From Pseudothermotoga sp. (GTDB lineage Bacteria; Thermotogota; Thermotogae; Thermotogales; DSM-5069), in the NCBI GenBank assembly GCA_041640575.1, contig JBEPZZ010000045.1:1-13878 (forward strand): 13,878 nucleotides of DNA, written 5' to 3'. The stretch's first letter is position 1, and every line of letters begins with the position of its first letter. Both the position numbers and the translations under genes were made by a program. This document shows positions 1 through 8,492 of the stretch, one piece after another. A model generated the notes under the pieces. It saw only the letters and a list, made by a program, of their open reading frames with translations, was not told the DNA's origin and did no database searches.

Positions 1-710
1 GCGATAACACAAAAGTCTTTGAGGAGACTAGACAATTGCCCAAATTCACCGAAGTCAGAAAACTGTATTCTGAAACACTCAATTCCGAGTTCTTTCAAGC
101 GCTTGATAGCTGCGGTATCGAATTTCAAACTTACCATCGGCTGAAGTTTCAATTCTTTGCAAATGCTGACAAAGTGTTTCAGTATCTTCTCATCCTCAGT
201 ATACGGTATTAACACAGAATCACAATTGTTTGCAACTGCATGCTGGGCTCTTTTCTCAAACTCATCTACGCTACTTGAAACAATTCTCAAAGGCAAATTC
301 GTCTTTGTAATCCGATTATGTTCAATCACAATCCTCAAATACTCTTTGAAAAGAAAATCTTTTCTAGCTCCTTTCAAAAGAATAAAAGGCTCGGATTCGA
401 TAGGCATATTTACATAACTAGGATAAATGAGATAACCTTTCAATTCCTCACCAGTTTTGCTCAAATGAGCTTGTGCAATTCTCTCTGATAAAAAACCAAC
501 CAAAAAGTCATCACAAATAGCAAAATTATTGGATATCGCAAACAGTTGATCGACTTTCAAAGAAAAAGCTTCCACTTTTTTGTCTGAGATAGCTAATGTT
601 GCAAGAAATTGATAACCAAAGTCAAGCTCCTTTGTCTCAATCGAAGTAATTTTGGATGCTTCATGGAAAATGACCCTTCCGTTTTCCCACAACTGACCAA
701 AGACTCTCAT
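1..710 (-). CDS. GH36 alpha-galactosidase-like protein, apparently degenerate (partial; runs off the window start)
   Basis: Manually translated, absent from the ORF track. ATG at 710 preceded by AAGGAG; open for 236 codons: MRVFGQLWENGRVIFHE...SNNFAICDDFLVGFLSERIAQ...IESEPFILLKG...LKELGIECFRIQF. These blocks resemble my recollection of Thermotoga GalA (MEIFGKTFREGRFV, GFLSSKIAH, LEPLVVLE, LRKMGYRYFKIDF). Confidence 0.7.
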   Translation of the reverse strand, partial: MRVFGQLWENGRVIFHEASKITSIETKELDFGYQFLATLAISDKKVEAFSLKVDQLFAISNNFAICDDFLVGFLSERIAQAHLSKTGEELKGYLIYPSYVNMPIESEPFILLKGARKDFLFKEYLRIVIEHNRITKTNLPLRIVSSSVDEFEKRAQHAVANNCDSVLIPYTEDEKILKHFVSICKELKLQPMVSLKFDTAAIKRLKELGIECFRIQFSDFGEFGQLSSLLKDFCVI

Positions 711-740
711 TGATCTTCTCCTTCTTCAGAAATTCTCAAA

Positions 741-1499
741 TCAGAAAATTTCTATTTGTTCGGCGAAATCATGTTGGTACCCTTGGTCTATCAAGACACA
801 CTTCAACTTAAAATAACCTCTCTGAAGACCACTCAACTCAATTTCGACAGCTGGATAACTAAAAGCTTGTGTTACCATATCTGTTGGCTTGGGCGATATC
901 ACGTGCGCTTTGATTGTTATCTGATCATTACTTAACTCAACAGAATCTAGAATAACTTTGTAGCCTCCAGTTGGCTTTTCACCCGCGCTGATTACCACGA
1001 AAATCTTTGTTCCAAACTCAAAGCGCACTGATTGCTGTTTTGCTTCGTTCAAAACAACCATACTTGGCTCGTGAGTGCCTCTCACATCTTTCGCTGTAAA
1101 AACAATATTGTTCTGCTTGGATAAATTTAACTCAATTCCAGAAACAATTATTTTCTTTGTATTATTTGGCAAAACAAATAGATGCTGCGGCAAATCGTAA
1201 TAGATACCTTTTCTTTGCCCAAAAATCTGTATTTTGTGAGTGATATCGTCTACTACGATCTCAACATCGAAAATGTTGGTAGACATTGGAGCCAATGCAA
1301 ATCGCGCTGCTTTGAGAATTATTACAATATCGGGCTCTTTCGACAGCAATATGTACTGAATATTCAGATATTTCGTCCACTCCATCTTATAGAGTTCAGC
1401 TGGAAAAGCAAAGTCAATTGGTGTGTAGTAGATCATAGTCGCTATACCGTTAATATAAAGCAATGCAAATAAAAGAGTGAAAAGGATGAATCTTTGCAT
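741..1499 (-). CDS. Exported protease complex subunit PrcB-family protein (C-terminal PrcB_C domain)
   Basis: Hydrophobic N-terminal signal/TM; C-terminal GEKPTGGYKV...SPKPTDMVTQAFSYP is typical of PrcB_C; GAGGAG SD overlaps the upstream gene's stop. Confidence 0.8.
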   Translation of the reverse strand: MQRFILFTLLFALLYINGIATMIYYTPIDFAFPAELYKMEWTKYLNIQYILLSKEPDIVIILKAARFALAPMSTNIFDVEIVVDDITHKIQIFGQRKGIYYDLPQHLFVLPNNTKKIIVSGIELNLSKQNNIVFTAKDVRGTHEPSMVVLNEAKQQSVRFEFGTKIFVVISAGEKPTGGYKVILDSVELSNDQITIKAHVISPKPTDMVTQAFSYPAVEIELSGLQRGYFKLKCVLIDQGYQHDFAEQIEIF

Positions 1500-1509
1500 A
1501 GAAATCTCC

Positions 1510-2193
1510 TCAAAATTCTATTGCTTCTCCAGGTCGCATGACTGTACATTTTATCCCAACTTTCGCTAATTCTGCAGCAAATTTATCTGGATCAGCCTTT
1601 ATAACCGACCAAGTGTTGTAATGGATCGGGATTGCAACTTTTGGTTTGATCATTTTCGCAGCTTCGACAGCATCCCATAAATCCATGACAAAATTACCAC
1701 CAATGGGAAGCATAGCAACGTCGATATTCTCTTTTGCCAGAAGTTCCATGTCCTTTGTTAATCCAGTATCACCGGCATGATAGATCTTTTTGCCCTCAGC
1801 CTCAATTAAAAATCCACAGGGATTGCCAGCATATATTGGGAGATCTCCTTCGACTATACTCGAACCGTGCAAGGCAGGGGTCAGTTTGATGCTACCAAAC
1901 TCAAAAACATATTTTCCACCTATGTGCATTGGATGTGTTGAGATTCCATGCTTTGAAATATAACTGCAAAGTTCGAAATTTGCTACAACTGTTGCTTGAT
2001 CTCTTTTTGCTATTTCAACAGTATCTCCCAAATGATCTCCATGGCCGTGAGTTACCAAAATGTAATGAATTCTTGGAAGATCTGCAATTTTGATAGGGCA
2101 ACATGGGTTATTACTTATAAAAGGATCAATAATCAAATTCTTTTCTTTAAGCTGAATCAATACGGCTGCATGTCCTAAAAACTTAATTTTCAT
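1510..2193 (-). CDS. UPF0173 metal-dependent hydrolase (metallo-beta-lactamase fold)
   Basis: FLGHA, IIDPF, THGHGDH, ALHGSS, YHAGDT, LPIGG and PIHYNTW motifs. Start placed at ATG 2193, 7 nt after AGGAGGT; the track's GTG at 2202 lies inside the SD. Confidence 0.92.
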   Translation of the reverse strand: MKIKFLGHAAVLIQLKEKNLIIDPFISNNPCCPIKIADLPRIHYILVTHGHGDHLGDTVEIAKRDQATVVANFELCSYISKHGISTHPMHIGGKYVFEFGSIKLTPALHGSSIVEGDLPIYAGNPCGFLIEAEGKKIYHAGDTGLTKDMELLAKENIDVAMLPIGGNFVMDLWDAVEAAKMIKPKVAIPIHYNTWSVIKADPDKFAAELAKVGIKCTVMRPGEAIEF

Positions 2194-2232
2194 TAGTTTC
2201 ACCTCCTAACAATTATATATTTTATCTCAAAA

Positions 2233-2281
2233 AGTTGTGTCGTAACGTTTTATCTTTTGACGATGTTGTCGACCAGGTCGA
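2233..2281 (+). repeat. TGTCG-box array, copy 1 (upstream of ATPase)
   Basis: Boxes at 2238 (TGTCG), 2258 (TGACG), 2267 (TGTCG), 2276 (GGTCG); 36/49 identical without gaps to 3488-3536. Confidence 0.8.
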
Positions 2282-2289
2282 TATAAATA

Positions 2290-2307
2290 TGGTATAAAAA
2301 TAGGGGG
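2290..2307 (+). promoter_or_regulatory. Putative extended -10 and SD for the ATPase gene
   Basis: TGgTATAAA at 2290-2298; AGGGGG at 2302-2307; GTG start at 2315. Confidence 0.45.
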
Positions 2308-2314
2308 AATCTTA

Positions 2315-3475
2315 GTGGCGTGTGAAAATATAATTAAGAAACTTGTGGACAAACCACTTGAGAAAAATGATATACAACTTTTTGTTGATAGAGAGGAAGA
2401 ATTATCAACACTTCGGCGAATTTTGAAATATCACGCCTTTGGAATTTTTGGGATATCCGGCAAAACTGGGTCCGGAAAAACAACTCTACTAAACATGCTT
2501 GCTGACGAAAATCAAAAAATGATTCGTATATCTGTAATCTACCGAGATAACTCAGATTCCATTTTGTACAATTTGTTATATTCCCTCGCTGAACACTTTA
2601 TAAACGACAAAACCAAAGAAATTCGTAATCTTGTTCAACAGATAAAGGAATGGATCTCTGAAGAGGTCTCGGTTGTGAGAGGTTTTAGCCTTGGTGTTTC
2701 AATGATGGCTGCAGCAGATGTGAAAGGTGAAAAAATCAAATCGCCGCGTTTTAACGTTTTCAAAGCTCATGATTATTTGCGCCAAATCCTAAATATTACA
2801 AGAAAACGTTACGGCAAAATATGTCTCCTTATAGATGAACTTGATAAAGAGAGAAAGGAAGACGTTATAAAGATACTTGATTCTCTGAAATTCGAGCTCC
2901 AGCAAGAAGATATAATTACAATACTCACCCTACCACAAAGTATCTACAAAGAGTATATCCGTGATAGGTTGAGGATGAACGGCGTTGGCAATTTGGAAAA
3001 CATTATAAAGGATGTTGTACTAATAAAGGATCTTCAAGCACATCACGTAAAAGAGTTGCTACTAAAAAGGTTTAGCGAAGATTTAAATTGGTTTGAAGAT
3101 CTATCGATTTTGGACATGATGGTGGATTTCTCGGATGGCAATCCACGCGATGCTATTTGGATTGCACAAAAGGTGGTGCTTGAAAACATCTCAAAAACAT
3201 GTTTGACCTTGGACGATACAGCTCAGACGATTCGAAAGATTTCAGAGGAATTGCTTAAGACAATCTCACTTACAGATCTTCAAGCGAAGGCAGTAAGAGT
3301 TTTGAGGAATTTCTTCGGAACTAAAGAACAATTCATAGCGAAATTGGTGCAAAATGGATTTGTTCGCACAACTGCTTACAGCATCTTTGACAGATTCGTC
3401 GAGCTTGGATTCATCGTTGAAAAAGACGGCGGTTTCAAGCTCAGTGGGAAACTATCTTTTATTGATGAATTCTGA
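2315..3475 (+). CDS. P-loop AAA+/archaeal-type ATPase with probable C-terminal winged helix
   Basis: FVDREEEL, Walker A GKTGSGKTT, Walker B LLIDELD, sensor-2-like DGNPRDA; C-terminal RTTAYSIFDRFVELGFIVEKDGGFKL looks like a helix plus wing. Confidence 0.85.
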   Translation: MACENIIKKLVDKPLEKNDIQLFVDREEELSTLRRILKYHAFGIFGISGKTGSGKTTLLNMLADENQKMIRISVIYRDNSDSILYNLLYSLAEHFINDKTKEIRNLVQQIKEWISEEVSVVRGFSLGVSMMAAADVKGEKIKSPRFNVFKAHDYLRQILNITRKRYGKICLLIDELDKERKEDVIKILDSLKFELQQEDIITILTLPQSIYKEYIRDRLRMNGVGNLENIIKDVVLIKDLQAHHVKELLLKRFSEDLNWFEDLSILDMMVDFSDGNPRDAIWIAQKVVLENISKTCLTLDDTAQTIRKISEELLKTISLTDLQAKAVRVLRNFFGTKEQFIAKLVQNGFVRTTAYSIFDRFVELGFIVEKDGGFKLSGKLSFIDEF

Positions 3476-3487
3476 AATGCACCTTTC

Positions 3488-3536
3488 AGTTCTGTCGAAA
3501 CATTATTTGTTCTGTCGTTTTTGTCGACGGTGTCGA
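3488..3536 (+). repeat. TGTCG-box array, copy 2 (downstream of ATPase, upstream of radical SAM gene)
   Basis: TGTCG at 3493, 3513, 3522, 3531; same 20/9/9 spacing and the same GTCGAC core as copy 1. Confidence 0.8.
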
Positions 3537-3556
3537 AAAGCTAAGGATGATAGGGT

Positions 3557-4429
3557 ATGACCCAAAGGCCAGATTCATCCATTTTGGAAAAACGTCTGCA
3601 AATACTGTACAGAAAGTTAGAATCCTGTGACATTTGCCCAAGACATTGCGGAGTGAATAGGATTAAAGGTGAACTTGGTGCTTGCAAGGTTGGTGCAAAG
3701 CCTCTTGTTGCAAGTTATGGCCCGCACTTTGGTGAGGAGTCTTTTCTGGTAGGCCGTGGGGGGTCTGGAACAATTTTCTTTTCCGGCTGTAACTTGAAGT
3801 GTGTATTCTGTCAAAACTGGACAATAAGCCAAACGGCCGAGGGTGAAGAAGTAAGACTTGATCAAGTAATGCTTTTGCTTCAAAGTATGGGTTGTCAGAA
3901 CATAAATTTGGTAACACCGACTCACCAAGTACCTATGATCTTTGAGGCCTTGATAAAAGCCTTTCAATCAGGTTTGAAAATTCCTATTGTCTATAATTGT
4001 GGTGGTTATGAATCTGTTGAGACGTTGCAACTTTTAGAGGGATTGATAGACATCTATATGCCTGATTTCAAATACGGAAGCGATGAAGCTGCTTTGAAAT
4101 ATTCCTCAGTAAAGAACTATGTGACAATAGCACAAGAAGCTCTAAGAGAAATGTACAGACAAGTTGGCCCACTTCAAATTGAGAATGGAATAGCGGTAAA
4201 AGGTGTTTTCGTAAGGCATTTGGTTCTACCCAACGACCTTGCAGCCACGGAAAAAGTCTTTCAAACTATCGCCGAAATCTCCTCAGAAATTGCGGTAAAT
4301 GTCATGAATCAATATTATCCAGCTTACAAGGCAACAAAATATCCTGAGCTTTCTCGGAGGTTGTACAATGAAGAATATTACAAAGCGCTTGCACTTGCTA
4401 AAAAATACGGTTTGAAAGTGGTTTACTGA
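3557..4429 (+). CDS. pflX: Radical SAM protein, PflX (putative pyruvate formate-lyase activating enzyme-like) family
   Basis: CNLKCVFC (CxxxCxxC); N-terminal CDICPRHCGVNR; HFGEE, GSGTIFF, NINLVTPTH, DIYMPDFKY and VRHLVLP motifs. Confidence 0.88.
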   Translation: MTQRPDSSILEKRLQILYRKLESCDICPRHCGVNRIKGELGACKVGAKPLVASYGPHFGEESFLVGRGGSGTIFFSGCNLKCVFCQNWTISQTAEGEEVRLDQVMLLLQSMGCQNINLVTPTHQVPMIFEALIKAFQSGLKIPIVYNCGGYESVETLQLLEGLIDIYMPDFKYGSDEAALKYSSVKNYVTIAQEALREMYRQVGPLQIENGIAVKGVFVRHLVLPNDLAATEKVFQTIAEISSEIAVNVMNQYYPAYKATKYPELSRRLYNEEYYKALALAKKYGLKVVY

Positions 4430-6075
4430 TTAACTTTTGCCACATACCCTTCCTTAATCAAAAACTCCAAAATATCCGTAACCAGTTTTGCATCAGCACC
4501 AAGATATTGGGATGTAAAACTAACAGACGCATCAAAATCTTTCATATAGCGCACTGAAAGATAAAGAACTTCTCCTATTTCAAGAAGCTGCCTTCTGTCA
4601 AACGATTCATCGATCCTTTCAACCCAGTCATAACCGAGAGGTCCATAATTGACGCAGCTCAAGGCCAATCTTGGTTTTGGCATAGAATTCTTCATCCCAT
4701 GTGCAACCTCAATTGCAGACTTTATGATTTCTTCACCTGGAAGATTATCAAAACTTCTTGCAAGAATCTTGGCTTTAGTCTTCGAGATTTCTGCAACCTC
4801 ATCGGGTAGATTGTTCGCTAATCTAATTGTTTCTAGCACCGAATTACCAATCCATTTGAACATTTCAGGATCACATTTGTCCCAAGTATCATCGCTGGTG
4901 TGATAGTACTTATCCGGCCACTGACCTATAAAAGGTGAAGCGGAGCAATTATTTGCAAAAACCAAATGATCAGACCCACCGGCAAATCTTGTTCTGAAAA
5001 ATCTTTTTGAGATTGAACCAGAAGTTCTGGGAGCAAACTTGAGAAGACTTTGGTACAAAAGTTCATCGTAATAAGTTGGAAGAAATGGTAGATTTTCATG
5101 AAGCAATAAGGTCGAACCGGTCTTTTCTTGATCCTCTCCAACCATGTCTAGGTTAATTACTAAATCATACCAGTTTTCTAATGCATAAGGAATCGTGCCA
5201 TAAAATTCTGGGGTTAGTATTACATCAACTTTTGCGTTCGGTGGGGCTTTCGAGAGCTGTTCTGCTAAATGCAATGCCAAAGCGCAACCAGAGGCATTAT
5301 CGTTTGCACCAGGACTTGGGTGACATAGATGCGCAACTATGCCAATTTTGAAGTTACTTTGACCTTCGATTTTTATCCTCAGAACTTGCAAATTTCCGGT
5401 TTTGAGCTCAGCATTTATGAAGAGCCTTACTTTATGACCCATGTTGACAAATTTCTTCAAAAAACAGTATTGTCTCCAGCTCAGGGAAAAACCGTATCCA
5501 CCGTATTTTGCGAGTTCAGCAGTATGTGGAATCGAAAGATAGTTGACTGTCTCAGGCATTCTTTCAGGCGTTCTACCTATTGTTTCATCCTGATTTCTCA
5601 TGTAATAAATTAGAAGAGCTTTTGCTCCCAGGTCTTTTACATATTTTTTGAAAGCTTTTGATGGATTATCATTAACCAACACCGCTTTATCTAAAAAACT
5701 TCCCTGAAAATTCTCGTCAACTAATTCAAAAACTTTCCATCCAAAAGTTGGATTACTTCCAAACAAAACCGAGGTTTTGCACTCTTTGAAGGAAGTTATA
5801 AATTGCCTTGGGTTTTCCAACCAAAGCTCTGCTGCTTCTACATTCCAAACCATCGTGGTTTCAAAATTTCCGTATTTCTCGCCGCCTGTTGGATATTCTA
5901 GAATTTCGATATTTTTTTCAGTTACTCCCAATTCCAGGCTCATCTCTCGAAGGCTATGAAGTAAGGTATTATACTCGTTGCTTCCTCTTGCTCGGTGAAA
6001 GGTACTGATGAATCTCACAGTGTCCAGAACCCAAGATTCATTGATATTGATAAAACTCACCCCATTCTTGCTCAA
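4423..6075 (-). CDS. M28-family aminopeptidase-like protein (DUF4910 type)
   Basis: AHLCHPSPGANDNASG, PEFYG, INLDMVG, GGSDH and YYHTSDD metal/catalytic motifs. Start uncertain (TTG 6075 or GTG 6060). Confidence 0.8.
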   Translation of the reverse strand: MSKNGVSFININESWVLDTVRFISTFHRARGSNEYNTLLHSLREMSLELGVTEKNIEILEYPTGGEKYGNFETTMVWNVEAAELWLENPRQFITSFKECKTSVLFGSNPTFGWKVFELVDENFQGSFLDKAVLVNDNPSKAFKKYVKDLGAKALLIYYMRNQDETIGRTPERMPETVNYLSIPHTAELAKYGGYGFSLSWRQYCFLKKFVNMGHKVRLFINAELKTGNLQVLRIKIEGQSNFKIGIVAHLCHPSPGANDNASGCALALHLAEQLSKAPPNAKVDVILTPEFYGTIPYALENWYDLVINLDMVGEDQEKTGSTLLLHENLPFLPTYYDELLYQSLLKFAPRTSGSISKRFFRTRFAGGSDHLVFANNCSASPFIGQWPDKYYHTSDDTWDKCDPEMFKWIGNSVLETIRLANNLPDEVAEISKTKAKILARSFDNLPGEEIIKSAIEVAHGMKNSMPKPRLALSCVNYGPLGYDWVERIDESFDRRQLLEIGEVLYLSVRYMKDFDASVSFTSQYLGADAKLVTDILEFLIKEGYVAKVNQ

Positions 6076-6155
6076 AAATTATTTAGTTGAAGGATGATTA
6101 ACATTCCAAGAATACTCACCGTACTTCATCTTAGAACTTACAAGTCTGCGAATCA

Positions 6156-8423
6156 TTATTTTAAGTCTTGCAAGTATTCAGTTGAGGCATAAGGAATGTT
6201 GTTAATCTTAGCAAAATACATTGCTTCGTCAGCTTTGTGGATAAGTTTTTCAAAGTCTTCCCCATCGGCCGGAAACTCTGAGATACCTATATTGGCGGAG
6301 ATGAAATGTTCATAACTTCCAGTGCTAATTGGTTCTTCTATTATTTCCACGATTCTCTTAGCCAAATGATACGCATCTTCCTTGGTAGTTTTATAAGCTA
6401 TAACTACAAATTCATCTCCACCAATTCTTCCAACCACATCGCTTTTTCTCAAAAAGTTCTTCATTCTCTGACCAACTACTATCAAAACGTTGTCACCTTC
6501 ACGATGACCGAAGGTGTCGTTTACCTTTTTGAAAGCGCGTAAATCAATGTAAAGAAAAGAGACTTTAACGTTCTCTCTTTTGGCCACCGCCAGTATTTTT
6601 TCGCCCATTTCGGATAGATATCTTCTATTAGGAAGTTGTGTCAATGGATCATGATAGGAAAGATACTCCAAATTGCGCTTTTGTTCCTCAAGTTTTGCTT
6701 GAAGTGTCATATGCTCCAAAAGAACTCCTGTGATATTGGAAAAAAGTTGAGCTAGCTGTAATGATTCTTCATCAAAAGCATCTTCATTTTCGAAGTTATC
6801 CAAAACCATGAATCCGAGAACCTCTTCGTTGATAACTATTGGAAGACTTATGCTCGCTTTGATTTCGTTCACTCTTCCAAACTTACTTAAGATCTCATAA
6901 TCTTCTTTTGGCATATTTTTCGAATTGTACTCACCGAAACCTCTTACAATACGCACATTTTTATCCAAGGGTTGGAGGATTATTTTCGGATTGAACTTCA
7001 CTCTCCGCAACTGCGTTAGATCATATCCAACTGCCGCTCTGAAAACGAGAAAGTCGCCTTCTTTCAAAATCAGAGAACCTGCTTGAGCTCTTGGAACTAT
7101 ATTCACAGCGGCTTCTAGTATTTCTTGATACATCGAATCAGCTGATAGTAATTCAGATCCTAGAATCTTTTGCATGAAATCAATTATGGCCTTGAGCGCT
7201 GACGACCTTCTTAAAGCTTGTTTAAAAAGTTGGTGAGCCATTCTTTCTTCTGTTCGCAAACGTTGTTCTATATATATTCTGTCCAACATAAGACCAATCT
7301 TGCTTGTTAAAACTTTTGCAATTTCGATTGAATCTTCATCGAATGCGTTTTCATCATGAAAATTGTCGAGGTTAAAATATCCGATCACTTTGTTTTGAAC
7401 GATTATGGGTATAGACAAAGTTGCTTTTATACCATAAACAGCCCCAGCTTTACTCATAATTTCAAGCTCCTGTGAAGACAAAGTTACTTTGTCAAATTCT
7501 CCAAGATTCCTAACAATAACAACTTCATCGTTGATTTTTCTGTTAAGTTGGGCCCCTTTCAACTTGACCTTTTTAAGTTCTTCCAAAGGAAATCCCACAG
7601 CCGCTTTGAAAACATAAACGCCATTCTCTTCGAGCAAGATAGACCCAGCCTCAGCACCAGGAACAATCTCAACTGCATCTTGCAAAATTTTCTCATAATC
7701 TATGCTCTCTGGTAAACTTTCTGTCCTCAGGAAGCTTTCAACGAAATTGAGGATAGACTCAAGTGCTTGCAGTTTTCTTCTGTATTTTCGTGACCATGCT
7801 CGTTCAGTTAAATACAGTTGCCTTAAATCAGAGCTAGTTTTCACAGCTGCTGCAAAAATTGAAATAACAAAGGAAATGAGCAGATGAAATGTTTCCAAAA
7901 TTTTTCCCTTGTACACTATTCTAAGTCTATACACAAAGTCTTTTCCATTAGGATTAAATTCAATATTTTGTATGTTGAACATTTCACGGACACAATTTGG
8001 ATCGATTTTTGCAATTACAACTCTATTTTCAATAAATTTCTTGGCGGCTGAATCAAAAATAGCGAAAGAAATTAGAATTGAATTGTTCTCAGAAGAGATT
8101 TGAAAAGCAGCAGGTTGATCAACAAAAGTTGGAGTCACAAAGACATCTTCCACACATGTAAAATCTTCTTTCAAAGTCAGCAACTCCTGTTCTATCCATT
8201 CTTTGTCATCTTTGACAAAAGCTTCGTACATCTCTGTCCATTTAAAATAACCCACACTGATCGAATTTGCGAGAAGATCCAACGATTTTTCAAAGAAAAG
8301 TTTGGTGTTATTTAACTCCCTATTTATTTCCGAACCTCTAAGCCATAGGAGAAAAGATGTTGACACCGCTAGTACAATTAAAAACGTGATGAGGGCGTTT
8401 CTTACAACTCTCAACTGTATCAT
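6156..8423 (-). CDS. Membrane-anchored sensor diguanylate cyclase (TM, CHASE4-like periplasmic segment, TM, GAF, GAF, GGDEF)
   Basis: HDPLTQLPNRR, FKKVNDTFGH, RIGGDEF with RKSD I-site; two GAF repeats ending LDNF...AFDE(D/E)S; two hydrophobic segments in the N-terminal 200 aa. Confidence 0.9.
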   Translation of the reverse strand: MIQLRVVRNALITFLIVLAVSTSFLLWLRGSEINRELNNTKLFFEKSLDLLANSISVGYFKWTEMYEAFVKDDKEWIEQELLTLKEDFTCVEDVFVTPTFVDQPAAFQISSENNSILISFAIFDSAAKKFIENRVVIAKIDPNCVREMFNIQNIEFNPNGKDFVYRLRIVYKGKILETFHLLISFVISIFAAAVKTSSDLRQLYLTERAWSRKYRRKLQALESILNFVESFLRTESLPESIDYEKILQDAVEIVPGAEAGSILLEENGVYVFKAAVGFPLEELKKVKLKGAQLNRKINDEVVIVRNLGEFDKVTLSSQELEIMSKAGAVYGIKATLSIPIIVQNKVIGYFNLDNFHDENAFDEDSIEIAKVLTSKIGLMLDRIYIEQRLRTEERMAHQLFKQALRRSSALKAIIDFMQKILGSELLSADSMYQEILEAAVNIVPRAQAGSLILKEGDFLVFRAAVGYDLTQLRRVKFNPKIILQPLDKNVRIVRGFGEYNSKNMPKEDYEILSKFGRVNEIKASISLPIVINEEVLGFMVLDNFENEDAFDEESLQLAQLFSNITGVLLEHMTLQAKLEEQKRNLEYLSYHDPLTQLPNRRYLSEMGEKILAVAKRENVKVSFLYIDLRAFKKVNDTFGHREGDNVLIVVGQRMKNFLRKSDVVGRIGGDEFVVIAYKTTKEDAYHLAKRIVEIIEEPISTGSYEHFISANIGISEFPADGEDFEKLIHKADEAMYFAKINNIPYASTEYLQDLK

Positions 8424-8492
8424 GTCTTCTTTTTCACACCCTTCACATAAATTGTATCAAAAGGCATAACAATATTAGCTGAAGTTTTCCAG

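Noticed and set aside
2233..3536. TGTCG arrays as a CRISPR array or IS ends
   Set aside because: Repeats are 5 bp with 4-15 bp spacers, in direct orientation, with no cas, transposase or integrase in the window.
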